This document shows, piece after piece, positions 7,670-15,986 of a stretch of DNA of 63,964 bases. This stretch comes from Bacteroidota bacterium. Its GTDB lineage: Bacteria; Bacteroidota; Bacteroidia; AKYH767-A; OLB10. The notes beneath the pieces are model-generated. The model ran no database searches. It had not been told where the DNA came from and saw only the letters and a list, made by a program, of their open reading frames with translations. The stretch spans positions 1-63,964 of the forward strand of contig JANOPQ010000171.1 of assembly GCA_031421935.1 (NCBI GenBank), in the 5' to 3' direction. Each line of letters begins with the position of its first letter. Position 1 is the stretch's first letter. A program made the translations under genes and the position numbers.

Positions 7670-9805
7670 TCAATGGTGATTATCCACCTCGATTTTCCGA
7701 TAATCCTCTGTTAGTTTTTTCTGAATCTCATTGGGGACGGGTGCATACTCGGCAAAAATGGATTTTACTTTTGCACGACCTTGGGTGATGCTGCGTAATG
7801 CGGCGTTGAATTTGTCGAGTTCGGCGAGGGGTGTGCGCGCTTTGATGATTTGGTAGCCGCCGCGCGAATCCATGCCCATGATAACGGACCGTCGTGTTTG
7901 AAGTTCGCTCATCACATCGCCCATCACGTGCTCGGGTGCTTCCGTTTCTACTTCGTAAATGGGTTCGAGGAGTTGTGGTTGCGCTGCATGGAAAGCTTCT
8001 TTGAAAGCCATCATACCCGCAATTTTGAAACTGATGTCGTTGGAATCTACCGCATGCATCTTGCCATCATACACCGCCACACGCACATCGCGTACATACG
8101 ATCCCGTGAGTGGACCCTCCAACATTTTTTCCATGATGCCCTTGATGATACTCGGCATAAAACGATTGTCGATCACGCCGCCACTAATACAATTGAGAAA
8201 TACCAACTTTCCACCCCAAGGTAAATCATGCACCTCGGTATTTTTTACGTTGAGGTCTTTGGGATTGGGAAGTCCTTCAAAATACGGCTCTATGCGCATG
8301 TACACTTCACCAAATTGTCCAGAGCCTCCCGATTGTTTCTTGTGTTTGTAGTTGGCCTCAGCGGGCTTCTGAATAGTTTCTCGGTAGGGAATGCGCGGAG
8401 CTTCAAAATCAATTTCCATTTTGTGAAGATGTTGTAACCTCCACTTTACAATGTTCATGTGCAAATCACCCTGTGTAGAAAGAATCAATTGTCGAATTTC
8501 TTTGTCGTAACGATAACGGATGGTTTGGTCTTCGGCATGAATATCATGTAAAGCCATCATCAATTTTTCGTCGTCGTTTTTATTTTTGATGACGATGGCC
8601 GTACGCAACTTGGGTTCGGGGAAATGAATTTCATCGATATTGCCTCGTGCTCCTTTTGCATTTAAGGTGTCGGAAGTATTGGTGTTTTTTAGTTTTAAGG
8701 TAGCACCTATATCGCCGGCTTTGAGACGATCAACTTGAATTCTGTTTTTTCCATCTAAAATAAACAGCTGTCCGATGCGCTCTGTAGTATCGGTTTTTTC
8801 ATTCTGAAAATCGTTGCCTTGCACTACTTCGCCCGACATCACTTTAAAAAGCGATAATTTTCCAAGATGAGGTTCTACCAACGTTTTGAAAACAAAGAGT
8901 CGAGTTGGTGCCTTGGGATCGCAATTTACTTCCGATCCATCTTCCAGTACTTCTGCAGGCATATCCACTGCGGATGGCGCTACATTATCAATGAAACCCA
9001 TCAACCGGCCACTACCCATATCATTCTTTGCAGAGAGACAAAATACAGGGAATACCTGGTGATTCATCATTCCCTTTTTAATTCCATCGCGCAACTCGTC
9101 CTCATCTAAATTGCCTTTTTCAAAATACAATTCCATCAACTTCTCATCGTTCTCCGCTGCTTTCTCTACTAACTCGTTGTGTAACTTATTTGCATTTTCT
9201 AACTCGCCCTCTGGAATCGGCAATTTCTCGGGCTTCCCTCCTGTCTTGGGGAATTTATACATCGTCATTTTCAACAAATCAATGATGGCATTAAAACCGG
9301 GACCAACCTCCACAGGATATTGCATCACCGTAACGGCAGGACCAAAGAAATTTTTTGCTTCCTCTAACGTGCTTTGAAAATTTGCTTTTTCATGATCCAG
9401 CTGATTGATGGCAATAATGGTGGGACGCTGGTACTTATCGACGTAATCAAAAATAATTTCGGTACCAATCTCCACTCCGTTTTGTGCATTCAATAAAATA
9501 ACGGCGGTGTCACAAACGCGAATAGATGAAATGACTTCGCCAATAAAATCATCGAGTCCGGGCGTGTCGATCACGTTAATCTTATAATCTTTCCATTCCG
9601 TATGTAGTGGGGTTGCATACACCGAACTTCCGCGGGTATGCTCAATCTCGTGATAGTCGGAGAGCGTGTTTTTCTCTTCTATCGTTCCTCTTCGTGAAAT
9701 AATACCAGCCTCAAATAACATGGTTTCGGCAAGGGTGGTTTTGCCGCTTTTCGCAGCGCCAATCAGGGCTACGTTTTTGATGTGCTTTTCGTCGTAGGTT
9801 TTCAT
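7670..9805 (-). CDS. elongation factor G paralog (EF-G-like translational GTPase)
   Basis: 711 aa. G1 is GAAKSGKTT, G3 is DTPG, and G4 is NQLD rather than NKxD. EF-G domain II-V-like sequence continues to the C-terminus. It is not in a str-operon context, so it is likely a second EF-G copy. Confidence 0.85.
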   Translation of the reverse strand: MKTYDEKHIKNVALIGAAKSGKTTLAETMLFEAGIISRRGTIEEKNTLSDYHEIEHTRGSSVYATPLHTEWKDYKINVIDTPGLDDFIGEVISSIRVCDTAVILLNAQNGVEIGTEIIFDYVDKYQRPTIIAINQLDHEKANFQSTLEEAKNFFGPAVTVMQYPVEVGPGFNAIIDLLKMTMYKFPKTGGKPEKLPIPEGELENANKLHNELVEKAAENDEKLMELYFEKGNLDEDELRDGIKKGMMNHQVFPVFCLSAKNDMGSGRLMGFIDNVAPSAVDMPAEVLEDGSEVNCDPKAPTRLFVFKTLVEPHLGKLSLFKVMSGEVVQGNDFQNEKTDTTERIGQLFILDGKNRIQVDRLKAGDIGATLKLKNTNTSDTLNAKGARGNIDEIHFPEPKLRTAIVIKNKNDDEKLMMALHDIHAEDQTIRYRYDKEIRQLILSTQGDLHMNIVKWRLQHLHKMEIDFEAPRIPYRETIQKPAEANYKHKKQSGGSGQFGEVYMRIEPYFEGLPNPKDLNVKNTEVHDLPWGGKLVFLNCISGGVIDNRFMPSIIKGIMEKMLEGPLTGSYVRDVRVAVYDGKMHAVDSNDISFKIAGMMAFKEAFHAAQPQLLEPIYEVETEAPEHVMGDVMSELQTRRSVIMGMDSRGGYQIIKARTPLAELDKFNAALRSITQGRAKVKSIFAEYAPVPNEIQKKLTEDYRKIEVDNHH

Positions 9806-10126
9806 ATATTGAAGAATTTGATACCACGGTTAAGAACTCGGAAAAGGACTTATTTTAAAAAGTAGTATTAACCATCATTATATAAAGCATATAATTTACC
9901 CGAGGGCTGGCACGAAACACAATGGCCAGGGTTAATTCAATCAACAGACTTAAGGCAAGCTGTATTGATGGTTTAAAATTAGCATAAGAAAGCATGCGAA
10001 ACCAGAAAAAGCCATGATTTTACTCAAATTAGTTACCAATATTTAGGGATTTTGTAATGTTTTACTCAAAATATTCAAAACCTGAAGTCGCTTTCTGGGG
10101 TTAAAAACCCAATTGTAATTAATAAC

Positions 10127-11281
10127 ATGAAGCAGATACCAGCAATGCCTCCTCACATTCAGGAGAAATTTGAAGAAGAAATTAAGGTGGAGATCATCCG
10201 CCAACAGACCGAAGAAGAGTTGAAGTCGAACCCTGTTTACCAGGAGTTTTTCAATAATTATAATCAGGCCAGCGTAGAAAGTTTCATCCGAAACTATGCC
10301 CGTCGCAAAGCCTTTTATATGACTCGTGGTCAAGAATACATCAGCCAAGAGGAACAAGTAGCCTTTCGCCATAAAATGATTGCAGAGGAAGGCTTATGGG
10401 CCATTCAGCAAAAGAAATTGTTCAATCTACAATGTCAGTGGCGAGCGGAGTTGATCAAATTGAAAGGCGTTGAGCATAGCTCACAGTTTCATTTGCTCTC
10501 GGCAAACATCCAACATTGTCCGTACATCAGTCCGGTGAGCAGGGCGGAGATGGAATTATATGTGAGTTTCTTACGTTCAGGTCAGGCAGGTACTCATTTG
10601 AGCTACGACAACTGGCAGGATTATGAAACTTTCAAAGCCGAATATCAAGCCGATTATATTCCATCGATTGATGATATGGAAGATTCACACATGCCAGCAT
10701 GGTATCGTTTTTATGATGAGCATATGTCGACAAGCACGTTGTTAGAGTTACCAGATGTTCGTGGTGACAAGGAAAACCGTTACCGTTCCATTTCTCGTCA
10801 GCGTCAGTTAGACAAGATGAAAAAATCGAAGGAAGCGAAGCAAGTCGATTCACGCCCCTACCTCAGCATTTACGATTTAGAAACGGTGGAAAATTTTGTA
10901 AAGCAATTCGAAGACCGCAAGCTGTTGAAATATTGCAAGGCGGTAGAGAGCTTCCAACAGCAATTGGATGAGCATATGGAGTTGGATGAGGCATTGGAAA
11001 CATTACGACAAGCAAACTGCACTATCAGCATCAAAGCGAATAAAGATTGGAAATCGGCGATTATTGAAGCGGCACAACGATTCGAGTTTTCACAAATTGC
11101 TTGTTTGATGTCGGCGGTACATCAGGAGTATGTGATCCGCATCGAGAACAGTATTAATTTCCAGCAAAGTTTAATCGACAAAAAGCGTGAGGAGTACGCC
11201 TACCAAATCTGCGAAAACGCTAAGAGACAAATATTAGAAGGAAGAGGAATTTTAGGCGAACCAGAGAACTTTCGCTTTTAA
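10127..11281 (+). CDS. hypothetical protein, 384 aa, predicted mostly helical
   Basis: Long ORF with composition like its neighbours, followed by a hairpin terminator. I recognise no motif. Confidence 0.6.
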   Translation: MKQIPAMPPHIQEKFEEEIKVEIIRQQTEEELKSNPVYQEFFNNYNQASVESFIRNYARRKAFYMTRGQEYISQEEQVAFRHKMIAEEGLWAIQQKKLFNLQCQWRAELIKLKGVEHSSQFHLLSANIQHCPYISPVSRAEMELYVSFLRSGQAGTHLSYDNWQDYETFKAEYQADYIPSIDDMEDSHMPAWYRFYDEHMSTSTLLELPDVRGDKENRYRSISRQRQLDKMKKSKEAKQVDSRPYLSIYDLETVENFVKQFEDRKLLKYCKAVESFQQQLDEHMELDEALETLRQANCTISIKANKDWKSAIIEAAQRFEFSQIACLMSAVHQEYVIRIENSINFQQSLIDKKREEYAYQICENAKRQILEGRGILGEPENFRF

Positions 11282-11305
11282 CATCTTACTCTTACGAAAA
11301 ATATT

Positions 11306-11341
11306 CCCGGGTGGTAAATTAAATACCTCCCGGGATTTTTA
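11306..11341 (+). terminator. intrinsic terminator
   Basis: CCCGGGTGG (11306..11314) pairs with CCTCCCGGG (11326..11334) with one mismatch. ATTTTT follows. Confidence 0.6.
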
Positions 11342-11416
11342 TTCATCGCCAATAAAATGCTTTTTGGAACCTACCTCTGCTAAAGCTACGGCAGGCAGGC
11401 ACTGATTTTTTATGAT

Positions 11417-11487
11417 GATTATGATTTTTTATGATTCCGTTGCGCTCGCTGCGTGACCGCTGCTAACACTGCGTTTAAATCATAATC
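11417..11487. repeat. 11-bp perfect inverted repeat enclosing a GC-rich 41-nt word element
   Basis: GATTATGATTT (11417..11427) is the exact reverse complement of AAATCATAATC (11477..11487). Between them lies CCGTTGCGCTCGCTGCGTGACCGCTGCTAACACTGCGTTTA (11437..11477), which is related to 12138..12177. Confidence 0.7.
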
Positions 11488-11515
11488 TCGTTCAAATCGA
11501 GAATTTTATCCTTAA

Positions 11516-12037
11516 TTATTTTTTTTCCTTCAACGAATCAACCACAGCCTCTGCCATTGGCATTGACGTCACATTCATATCACGGATGCAAGAATACTTT
11601 CCATCTACTTTTTTGAAGACGCTCATGTAATGTCCGTGCTCTAGTTCTGCGCCAGCAGCGGAGTTTTTTTTCCATGATCCAATTTCAACTACTAAATCTC
11701 CTTCTGCATATAGATCCACTACTTTATAAACGTTGACTTCACCGACTGTATCTTTTGCTAAGCCTTCAGCGATCGAGTTGCGAATCGCTTCTCTTCCTGA
11801 TAAAGGCTCCTTGTTGCGACCATAACTTACAGCATCGACGCTATAATAAGCAGCAACTGCATCTGCATCTTTAGCAGTTTCTGCTGCTGAAAAAGCATCT
11901 TCCATTGCTTGAATTTCAGTTTTAACTGCTTCGATATCAATAGCTGCAGGTGCTGGAGCAGGAGCTGGTCCCGAGCAAGCTGCAAATAATAAGACTACAG
12001 CCGCAAAGGCCGTGTTGAGAAGTGAGTTCATTTTCAT
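11516..12037 (-). CDS. SnoaL-like / DUF4440 (NTF2-fold) lipoprotein
   Basis: 173 aa. It has a signal peptide with a lipobox-like LFAACS and an Ala/Pro linker. The NTF2-like body includes DAVSYGRNKEPLSGREAIRNSI...GDLVVEIGSW. Confidence 0.65.
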   Translation of the reverse strand: MKMNSLLNTAFAAVVLLFAACSGPAPAPAPAAIDIEAVKTEIQAMEDAFSAAETAKDADAVAAYYSVDAVSYGRNKEPLSGREAIRNSIAEGLAKDTVGEVNVYKVVDLYAEGDLVVEIGSWKKNSAAGAELEHGHYMSVFKKVDGKYSCIRDMNVTSMPMAEAVVDSLKEKK

Positions 12038-12084
12038 GATTAATAGGTTTTTAGGTTAGATTAAATTTCAGGAAAGATAGGAAA

Positions 12085-12123
12085 AGCTGCTAGCTTCTAG
12101 CTTCTGGCTGCTAGATTTTTTTT
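12085..12123 (+). repeat. heptad array AGCTGCT AGCTTCT AGCTTCT GGCTGCT AGATTTT running into a T-tract
   Basis: Strict 7-nt register read directly from the sequence. It contains the 23-mer AGCTTCTAGCTTCTGGCTGCTAG (12092..12114), which is identical to 31725..31747. Confidence 0.8.
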
Positions 12124-12137
12124 GCTAAAATGTAAAT

Positions 12138-12177
12138 CCGCTGCGCTCGTTGCGCTACCGCTGCTTCCGCTGCGTTT
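12138..12177. repeat. GC-rich word element, second copy
   Basis: CCGCTGCGCTCGTTGCGCTACCGCTGCTTCCGCTGCGTTT matches the first 40 nt of 11437..11477 at 33 of 40 positions by hand alignment (34 of 41 if the next base, A at 12178, is included). Both copies are in the same orientation. Confidence 0.7.
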
Positions 12178-12232
12178 ATAAGTTAATAATAACCTATGAG
12201 AATTTCTAAACCTCCACAAAAACTATTTGTAA

Positions 12233-13147
12233 TTAATCAATTTTAAAAACTTCCCCTTCCACTGCCAACTCCGTATTTTCAAAAACGGTTTTAGCTTCAT
12301 CAAGGAGTGGTTCAATGTCTTTGTAACGGGCTGAGAAATGTCCGATGACTAACTTGCCTGCATTTGCCTCTTTTGCAACCAATGCTGCTTCCTTCGCTGT
12401 GGAATGAAATGTCGCTACTGCTCGCTCTTGCATCTCGTGAAGGAACGTCGCTTCGTGGTAAAGCAAGTCGACACCTTTTATGTCTTCGGCTAACTCGGGA
12501 TTGTATAGGGTGTCGGAACAAAAGGCATACGAGCGGCTGGGCTGTGGATCTTCGGTTAATTCGAGATTAGAAATTACATTGCCTTCCGAATCGACAAAAT
12601 CATCGCCCGACTTGATGCGTGTATATTGAGTAAATGGAATGTTATGCTCTTGGAGTTTGTCTACTTTTAAACGACGCGGCCGAGGTTTTTCGCCGAAAAC
12701 AAATCCAGTACAGGGAATGCGATGGTTTAGGACGATGGAACGCACATAAATTTCGTCGTCTTCAAAGAGTATTTCAGGAGCGTAATGTCGGATGTGATGA
12801 AAGATGAGATTGTATCTTAAAACCGTTTGCGACGCTCTGAGATGCATTTCAATGATGTCCATCAAATCTTGCTGACCAAAAAGATGTAAGTCGGTAGAGC
12901 GGCCTTGTAAATGATAGGTAGACAATAAGCCAATCAACCCCAAATAATGATCGCCATGTAAATGACTAATGAAAATATGACTGATGCGATGGTAACGGAT
13001 CTTGTACTTCAGCATTTGCATCTGTGTACCTTCTCCACAATCGATTAAAAAATGTCGATCACGAAAGACAAGAAGTTGGGAAGTAGGGTGACGATCGTAA
13101 ATGGGAGTAGCAGAACTGCTCCCGAGTATGGTGAGTTCAAACCCCAT
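12233..13147 (-). CDS. rnz: ribonuclease Z
   Basis: 304 aa metallo-beta-lactamase fold with HLHGDHYLGL and an RNase Z-like N-terminus (LTILGSSSATP...RHPTSQLL...LIDCGEGTQ). Confidence 0.85.
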   Translation of the reverse strand: MGFELTILGSSSATPIYDRHPTSQLLVFRDRHFLIDCGEGTQMQMLKYKIRYHRISHIFISHLHGDHYLGLIGLLSTYHLQGRSTDLHLFGQQDLMDIIEMHLRASQTVLRYNLIFHHIRHYAPEILFEDDEIYVRSIVLNHRIPCTGFVFGEKPRPRRLKVDKLQEHNIPFTQYTRIKSGDDFVDSEGNVISNLELTEDPQPSRSYAFCSDTLYNPELAEDIKGVDLLYHEATFLHEMQERAVATFHSTAKEAALVAKEANAGKLVIGHFSARYKDIEPLLDEAKTVFENTELAVEGEVFKID

Positions 13148-13149
13148 TC

Positions 13150-13905
13150 TTACTTTCGCGAAATAACGAGACGCTTGGTTAAGGTTTCACCACTGAAAGT
13201 CATGGAATACATGTACACGCCAGGAGCTAAATCGCGGGTGTCAAAACGAAGTTCGTTCTCCCCTTGATCTGGAGTTAATAAACTTCTGTACACTTCTTTT
13301 CCGATGAGATTGAATAAGCGAAAATCTACTTCGCCACGACTAGGAACTACATAACGAATGTCGGTAAACTCTGCGCATGGATTGGGTGAATTTTGATTCA
13401 TGAAAAAACCTAAGCCTGTACTTTCATAGATAGAAGAAACAGCACCTGTAACATCAATAACATAATAACTTAAAGTATCTACTTGAGTGGTTGGTTGACC
13501 AAATACAGTACCTGTAGAAGTAACGACTGCAGTTATTGTATAGTTTCCCGCAACCGTTGGTGTGCCACTAATGTCGGCGCAACCATTGCTATTACCTGGG
13601 AATAAACAGTTGGAAGGATTACAAGCGTAAGTTAATCCAGGAGGTAAACCTGTTAATGAATTAAGCTCAACAGATACCACGGGCACATTAATAACCACAC
13701 CAGGCAATATTTCTACAGGAGTTGTAGCAGGAACAAAAATTTGGAGCACTTGACTGTAGAGTACACCCACAGTACCGGCAGATAATCCCGTTGCACTATC
13801 AGGAGTAATTCCTGGTGTTGTATTGCTCGTATTGGGAACGCATTGAGCTTGGATTTGTAAAGCACTCAATACAATAAAGCTGATCAGGAGTAAGGATTTC
13901 TTCAT
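13150..13905 (-). CDS. T9SS-secreted protein with C-terminal sorting domain (type A)
   Basis: Signal peptide present. The C-terminus ...NSPNPCAEFTDIRYVV...FRLFNLIGKEVY...LAPGVYMYSMTF...LVISRK is typical of a Por secretion tail. Confidence 0.75.
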   Translation of the reverse strand: MKKSLLLISFIVLSALQIQAQCVPNTSNTTPGITPDSATGLSAGTVGVLYSQVLQIFVPATTPVEILPGVVINVPVVSVELNSLTGLPPGLTYACNPSNCLFPGNSNGCADISGTPTVAGNYTITAVVTSTGTVFGQPTTQVDTLSYYVIDVTGAVSSIYESTGLGFFMNQNSPNPCAEFTDIRYVVPSRGEVDFRLFNLIGKEVYRSLLTPDQGENELRFDTRDLAPGVYMYSMTFSGETLTKRLVISRK

Positions 13906-13936
13906 AAACTAGATTTCAAGCTATAAAGATACTAAA

Positions 13937-14329
13937 TCATTCTTTGATATCCCTTTCAATTTTATCTTCTATTTTTCTTTCCTCGTCAGTTTCATTGATA
14001 AAATCGATCGCATCATTCGCCGTAAGGGCTAAATTCAGCACCTGATCGAGCTGTGATATCTGAACTAACTTCATAACGGTATCACTTAACCCCGTAATCA
14101 CAAATAATCCGCTAGAGTTGCGGCAAAGACGGTTTCCCACCAAAATAGCACTTAAACCCGACGAATCGCAATAAAGGGATTCTTCCAGATCGAGAATGAT
14201 ATTGTTAAAGCCTTGTGTATTTAGCAAGAGCAACTCTGACTTCAGCTCGGCTGCAATCAATGTGTTTAGCTTTTGCTCGTGGAGTTTAATCACCACGTAT
14301 TTTTCGGTTTTATCTAGGCTAAAGTGCAT
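13937..14329 (-). CDS. STAS-domain protein (anti-sigma-factor antagonist-like)
   Basis: STAS pattern: VVIKLHEQKLNTLIAAELKSEL...IILDLEESLYCDSSGLSAILVG. I chose the start at ATG 14329 because a TACATTTG -7 box (14351..14344, minus strand) lies inside the longer track ORF. Confidence 0.7.
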   Translation of the reverse strand: MHFSLDKTEKYVVIKLHEQKLNTLIAAELKSELLLLNTQGFNNIILDLEESLYCDSSGLSAILVGNRLCRNSSGLFVITGLSDTVMKLVQISQLDQVLNLALTANDAIDFINETDEERKIEDKIERDIKE

Positions 14330-14408
14330 ACATCTATTTTTTTCAAATGTAAACCTTGTAAAATGAAGATGCAAGCCTTAATTTGAGCCTTTGTTAACGT
14401 TTGATTGT

Positions 14409-15341
14409 TCAAATCCCTCGCATCTGCGCCAAGAGGAAAAGCACTGCCATTCGAATGGCAACTCCATTTTCGACCTGATTCAAAATGATGCTATGCTCGC
14501 TGTCGGCAATGTCGCTGGTGATTTCTACGCCGCGATTTATTGGACCTGGATGCATGATTACCAGTTGCTTACCTATTCCATCTAACAAGCGCTTATTCAA
14601 TCCATACAGCATGGAATATTCTCTTAAGGAAGGGAAATAGCGAATATCTTGTCGCTCGAGTTGGATACGTAACATGTTCGCAACATCGCACCAAGCCAAC
14701 GCTTTTTTAAGATCGTGTTCTACTTTTACACCTAAAGAGCTCATGTATTTGGGAATTAAAGTGACTGGTCCGCAAACCATCACTTCGGCACCTAATTTTT
14801 GCAGACAAAGAATATTACTCAAGGCAACTCTAGAATGAAGAATGTCACCTACAATCACCACTTTCTGCCCTTCTACTCGACCCAGTTTTTCACGTATGGA
14901 AAACGCATCTAGTAACGCTTGTGTAGGATGCTCATGGGTACCATCGCCTGCATTAATGACATTGGCTTTAATGTGTCGAGCTAAGAACATCGCCGCTCCT
15001 GGTTTTGGATGACGCATCACCACCATATCCACCTTCATGGCTAAAATATTATTAACCGTGTCGACTAATGTTTCTCCTTTGCTTACCGATGATCCAGAAG
15101 CGGAGAAGTTGACCACATCGGCACTTAAACGCTTTTCGGCTAACTCAAAACTAAGTTTTGTACGGGTGGAGTTTTCAAAAAAGATATTGGCAATGGTGAT
15201 ATCTCGTAAAGAGGGAACTTTCTTGATGGGACGATTAATGACATCTTTAAAATTATCGGCAGTTCTAAAAATAAGTTCTATGTCCTCTTTGGTGAGGTCC
15301 TTTATTCCTAGTAGGTGTTGAACGCTTAACTGCTCGATCAT
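14409..15341 (-). CDS. pyrB: aspartate carbamoyltransferase catalytic subunit
   Basis: Contains STRTKLSFELA, HPTQALLD and the HPGP motif. 310 aa. Confidence 0.93.
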   Translation of the reverse strand: MIEQLSVQHLLGIKDLTKEDIELIFRTADNFKDVINRPIKKVPSLRDITIANIFFENSTRTKLSFELAEKRLSADVVNFSASGSSVSKGETLVDTVNNILAMKVDMVVMRHPKPGAAMFLARHIKANVINAGDGTHEHPTQALLDAFSIREKLGRVEGQKVVIVGDILHSRVALSNILCLQKLGAEVMVCGPVTLIPKYMSSLGVKVEHDLKKALAWCDVANMLRIQLERQDIRYFPSLREYSMLYGLNKRLLDGIGKQLVIMHPGPINRGVEITSDIADSEHSIILNQVENGVAIRMAVLFLLAQMRGI

Positions 15342-15345
15342 GGAA

Positions 15346-15891
15346 TTATTCTTCTGAGATTAACCAGACACCTTCTTCTTCGATTTCCGGATTCAAATTC
15401 ACTTTAACTTTTTCGGAAGAGATGGTATCTATGGATTTGCCTATGTAATCAGGTTCAATGGGTAATTGTCGACTAAATTTTCGGTTGATGAGGACCAACA
15501 ACTCTACGCGAGCGGGTCGACCAAATGCTAAGAGAGCATCTAACCCAGCACGTATAGTTCTTCCAGTGAAGAGCACATCATCAATCAAGACCACGTGTTT
15601 CCCTTCCACAATGAAGTCCATTTTGTTAGCACTTGGGACGATTAGGTCGCGTCGGCGAAAATCGTCGCGGAAAAAGCTTACATCCAGTTCACCGTACTTA
15701 ATTTGGGTATTGGGTTGGATGTGTTGAATACGTTCAAAGATCAATTTAGAAAGGATAATACCTCGAGGTTGGAGTCCGATGATGACCGTTTCGGCAAAAT
15801 GATCGTGATTTTCAATCAGCTGATAGCAAAGACGATCGATAGTAATAGCCAGTAACTCTTTATTGAAAATGAGTTTGCTATTGGTTGGCAT
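15346..15891 (-). CDS. pyrR: bifunctional pyrimidine operon regulator / uracil phosphoribosyltransferase PyrR
   Basis: The PRPP-binding loop is VVLIDDVLFTGRT. It sits 4 nt upstream of pyrB. The start at ATG 15891 is supported by a TATTTTTG -7 box (15927..15920, minus strand) inside the longer track ORF. Confidence 0.85.
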   Translation of the reverse strand: MPTNSKLIFNKELLAITIDRLCYQLIENHDHFAETVIIGLQPRGIILSKLIFERIQHIQPNTQIKYGELDVSFFRDDFRRRDLIVPSANKMDFIVEGKHVVLIDDVLFTGRTIRAGLDALLAFGRPARVELLVLINRKFSRQLPIEPDYIGKSIDTISSEKVKVNLNPEIEEEGVWLISEE

Positions 15892-15937
15892 GGGCTCAAA
15901 ATTAATAAAAAACAAAAAGCAAAAATAGTTAAAATGC

Positions 15938-15965
15938 AAAAAGGCCACCTAACGGTAGCCTTTTT
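15938..15965 (-). terminator. intrinsic terminator after rpsA (A-tract/T-tract flanked, potentially bidirectional)
   Basis: GGCCACC (15943..15949) pairs with GGTAGCC (15954..15960) with one mismatch and a 4-nt loop. On the minus strand the hairpin is followed by TTTTTGCATTTT. Confidence 0.6.
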
Positions 15966-15986
15966 GTAATTTATAGAACGAGGATC

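Noticed and set aside
7850-9377. Several 69-130-aa plus-strand ORFs inside the EF-G paralog; similar shadow ORFs lie inside guaB (55340..56020), the PPIase gene (56880..58731), rpsA, POP, the POT genes and the giant adhesin
   Set aside because: All lie antisense within long genes that have clear family motifs. They are typical shadow ORFs with no start context of their own.
10043-10372. 109-aa minus-strand ORF overlapping the 5' end of the 384-aa gene
   Set aside because: It overlaps a longer ORF that has a terminator, and it has an odd hydrophobic composition. It is probably spurious, although neither ORF has a recognisable family.
11483-11503. tRNA T-arm-like hairpin TCTCG-TTCAAAT-CGAGA
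   Set aside because: No matching acceptor stem, anticodon arm or D-arm lies at tRNA distances upstream. It is most likely part of the local repeat or terminator structure.
15892-15948. 5' extensions of track ORFs (pyrR, and likewise cmk 21549..21617, STAS 14330..14374, POP 23638..23694, guaB 55071..55097, smpB 38605..38613, trxB 62341..62376, nucleotidyltransferase 42685..42750, SanA 42787..42816, NMO 43395..43436)
   Set aside because: The extensions encode non-conserved junk. In most cases they contain the TAnnTTTG -7 box itself. Internal ATGs give N-termini that match the family.
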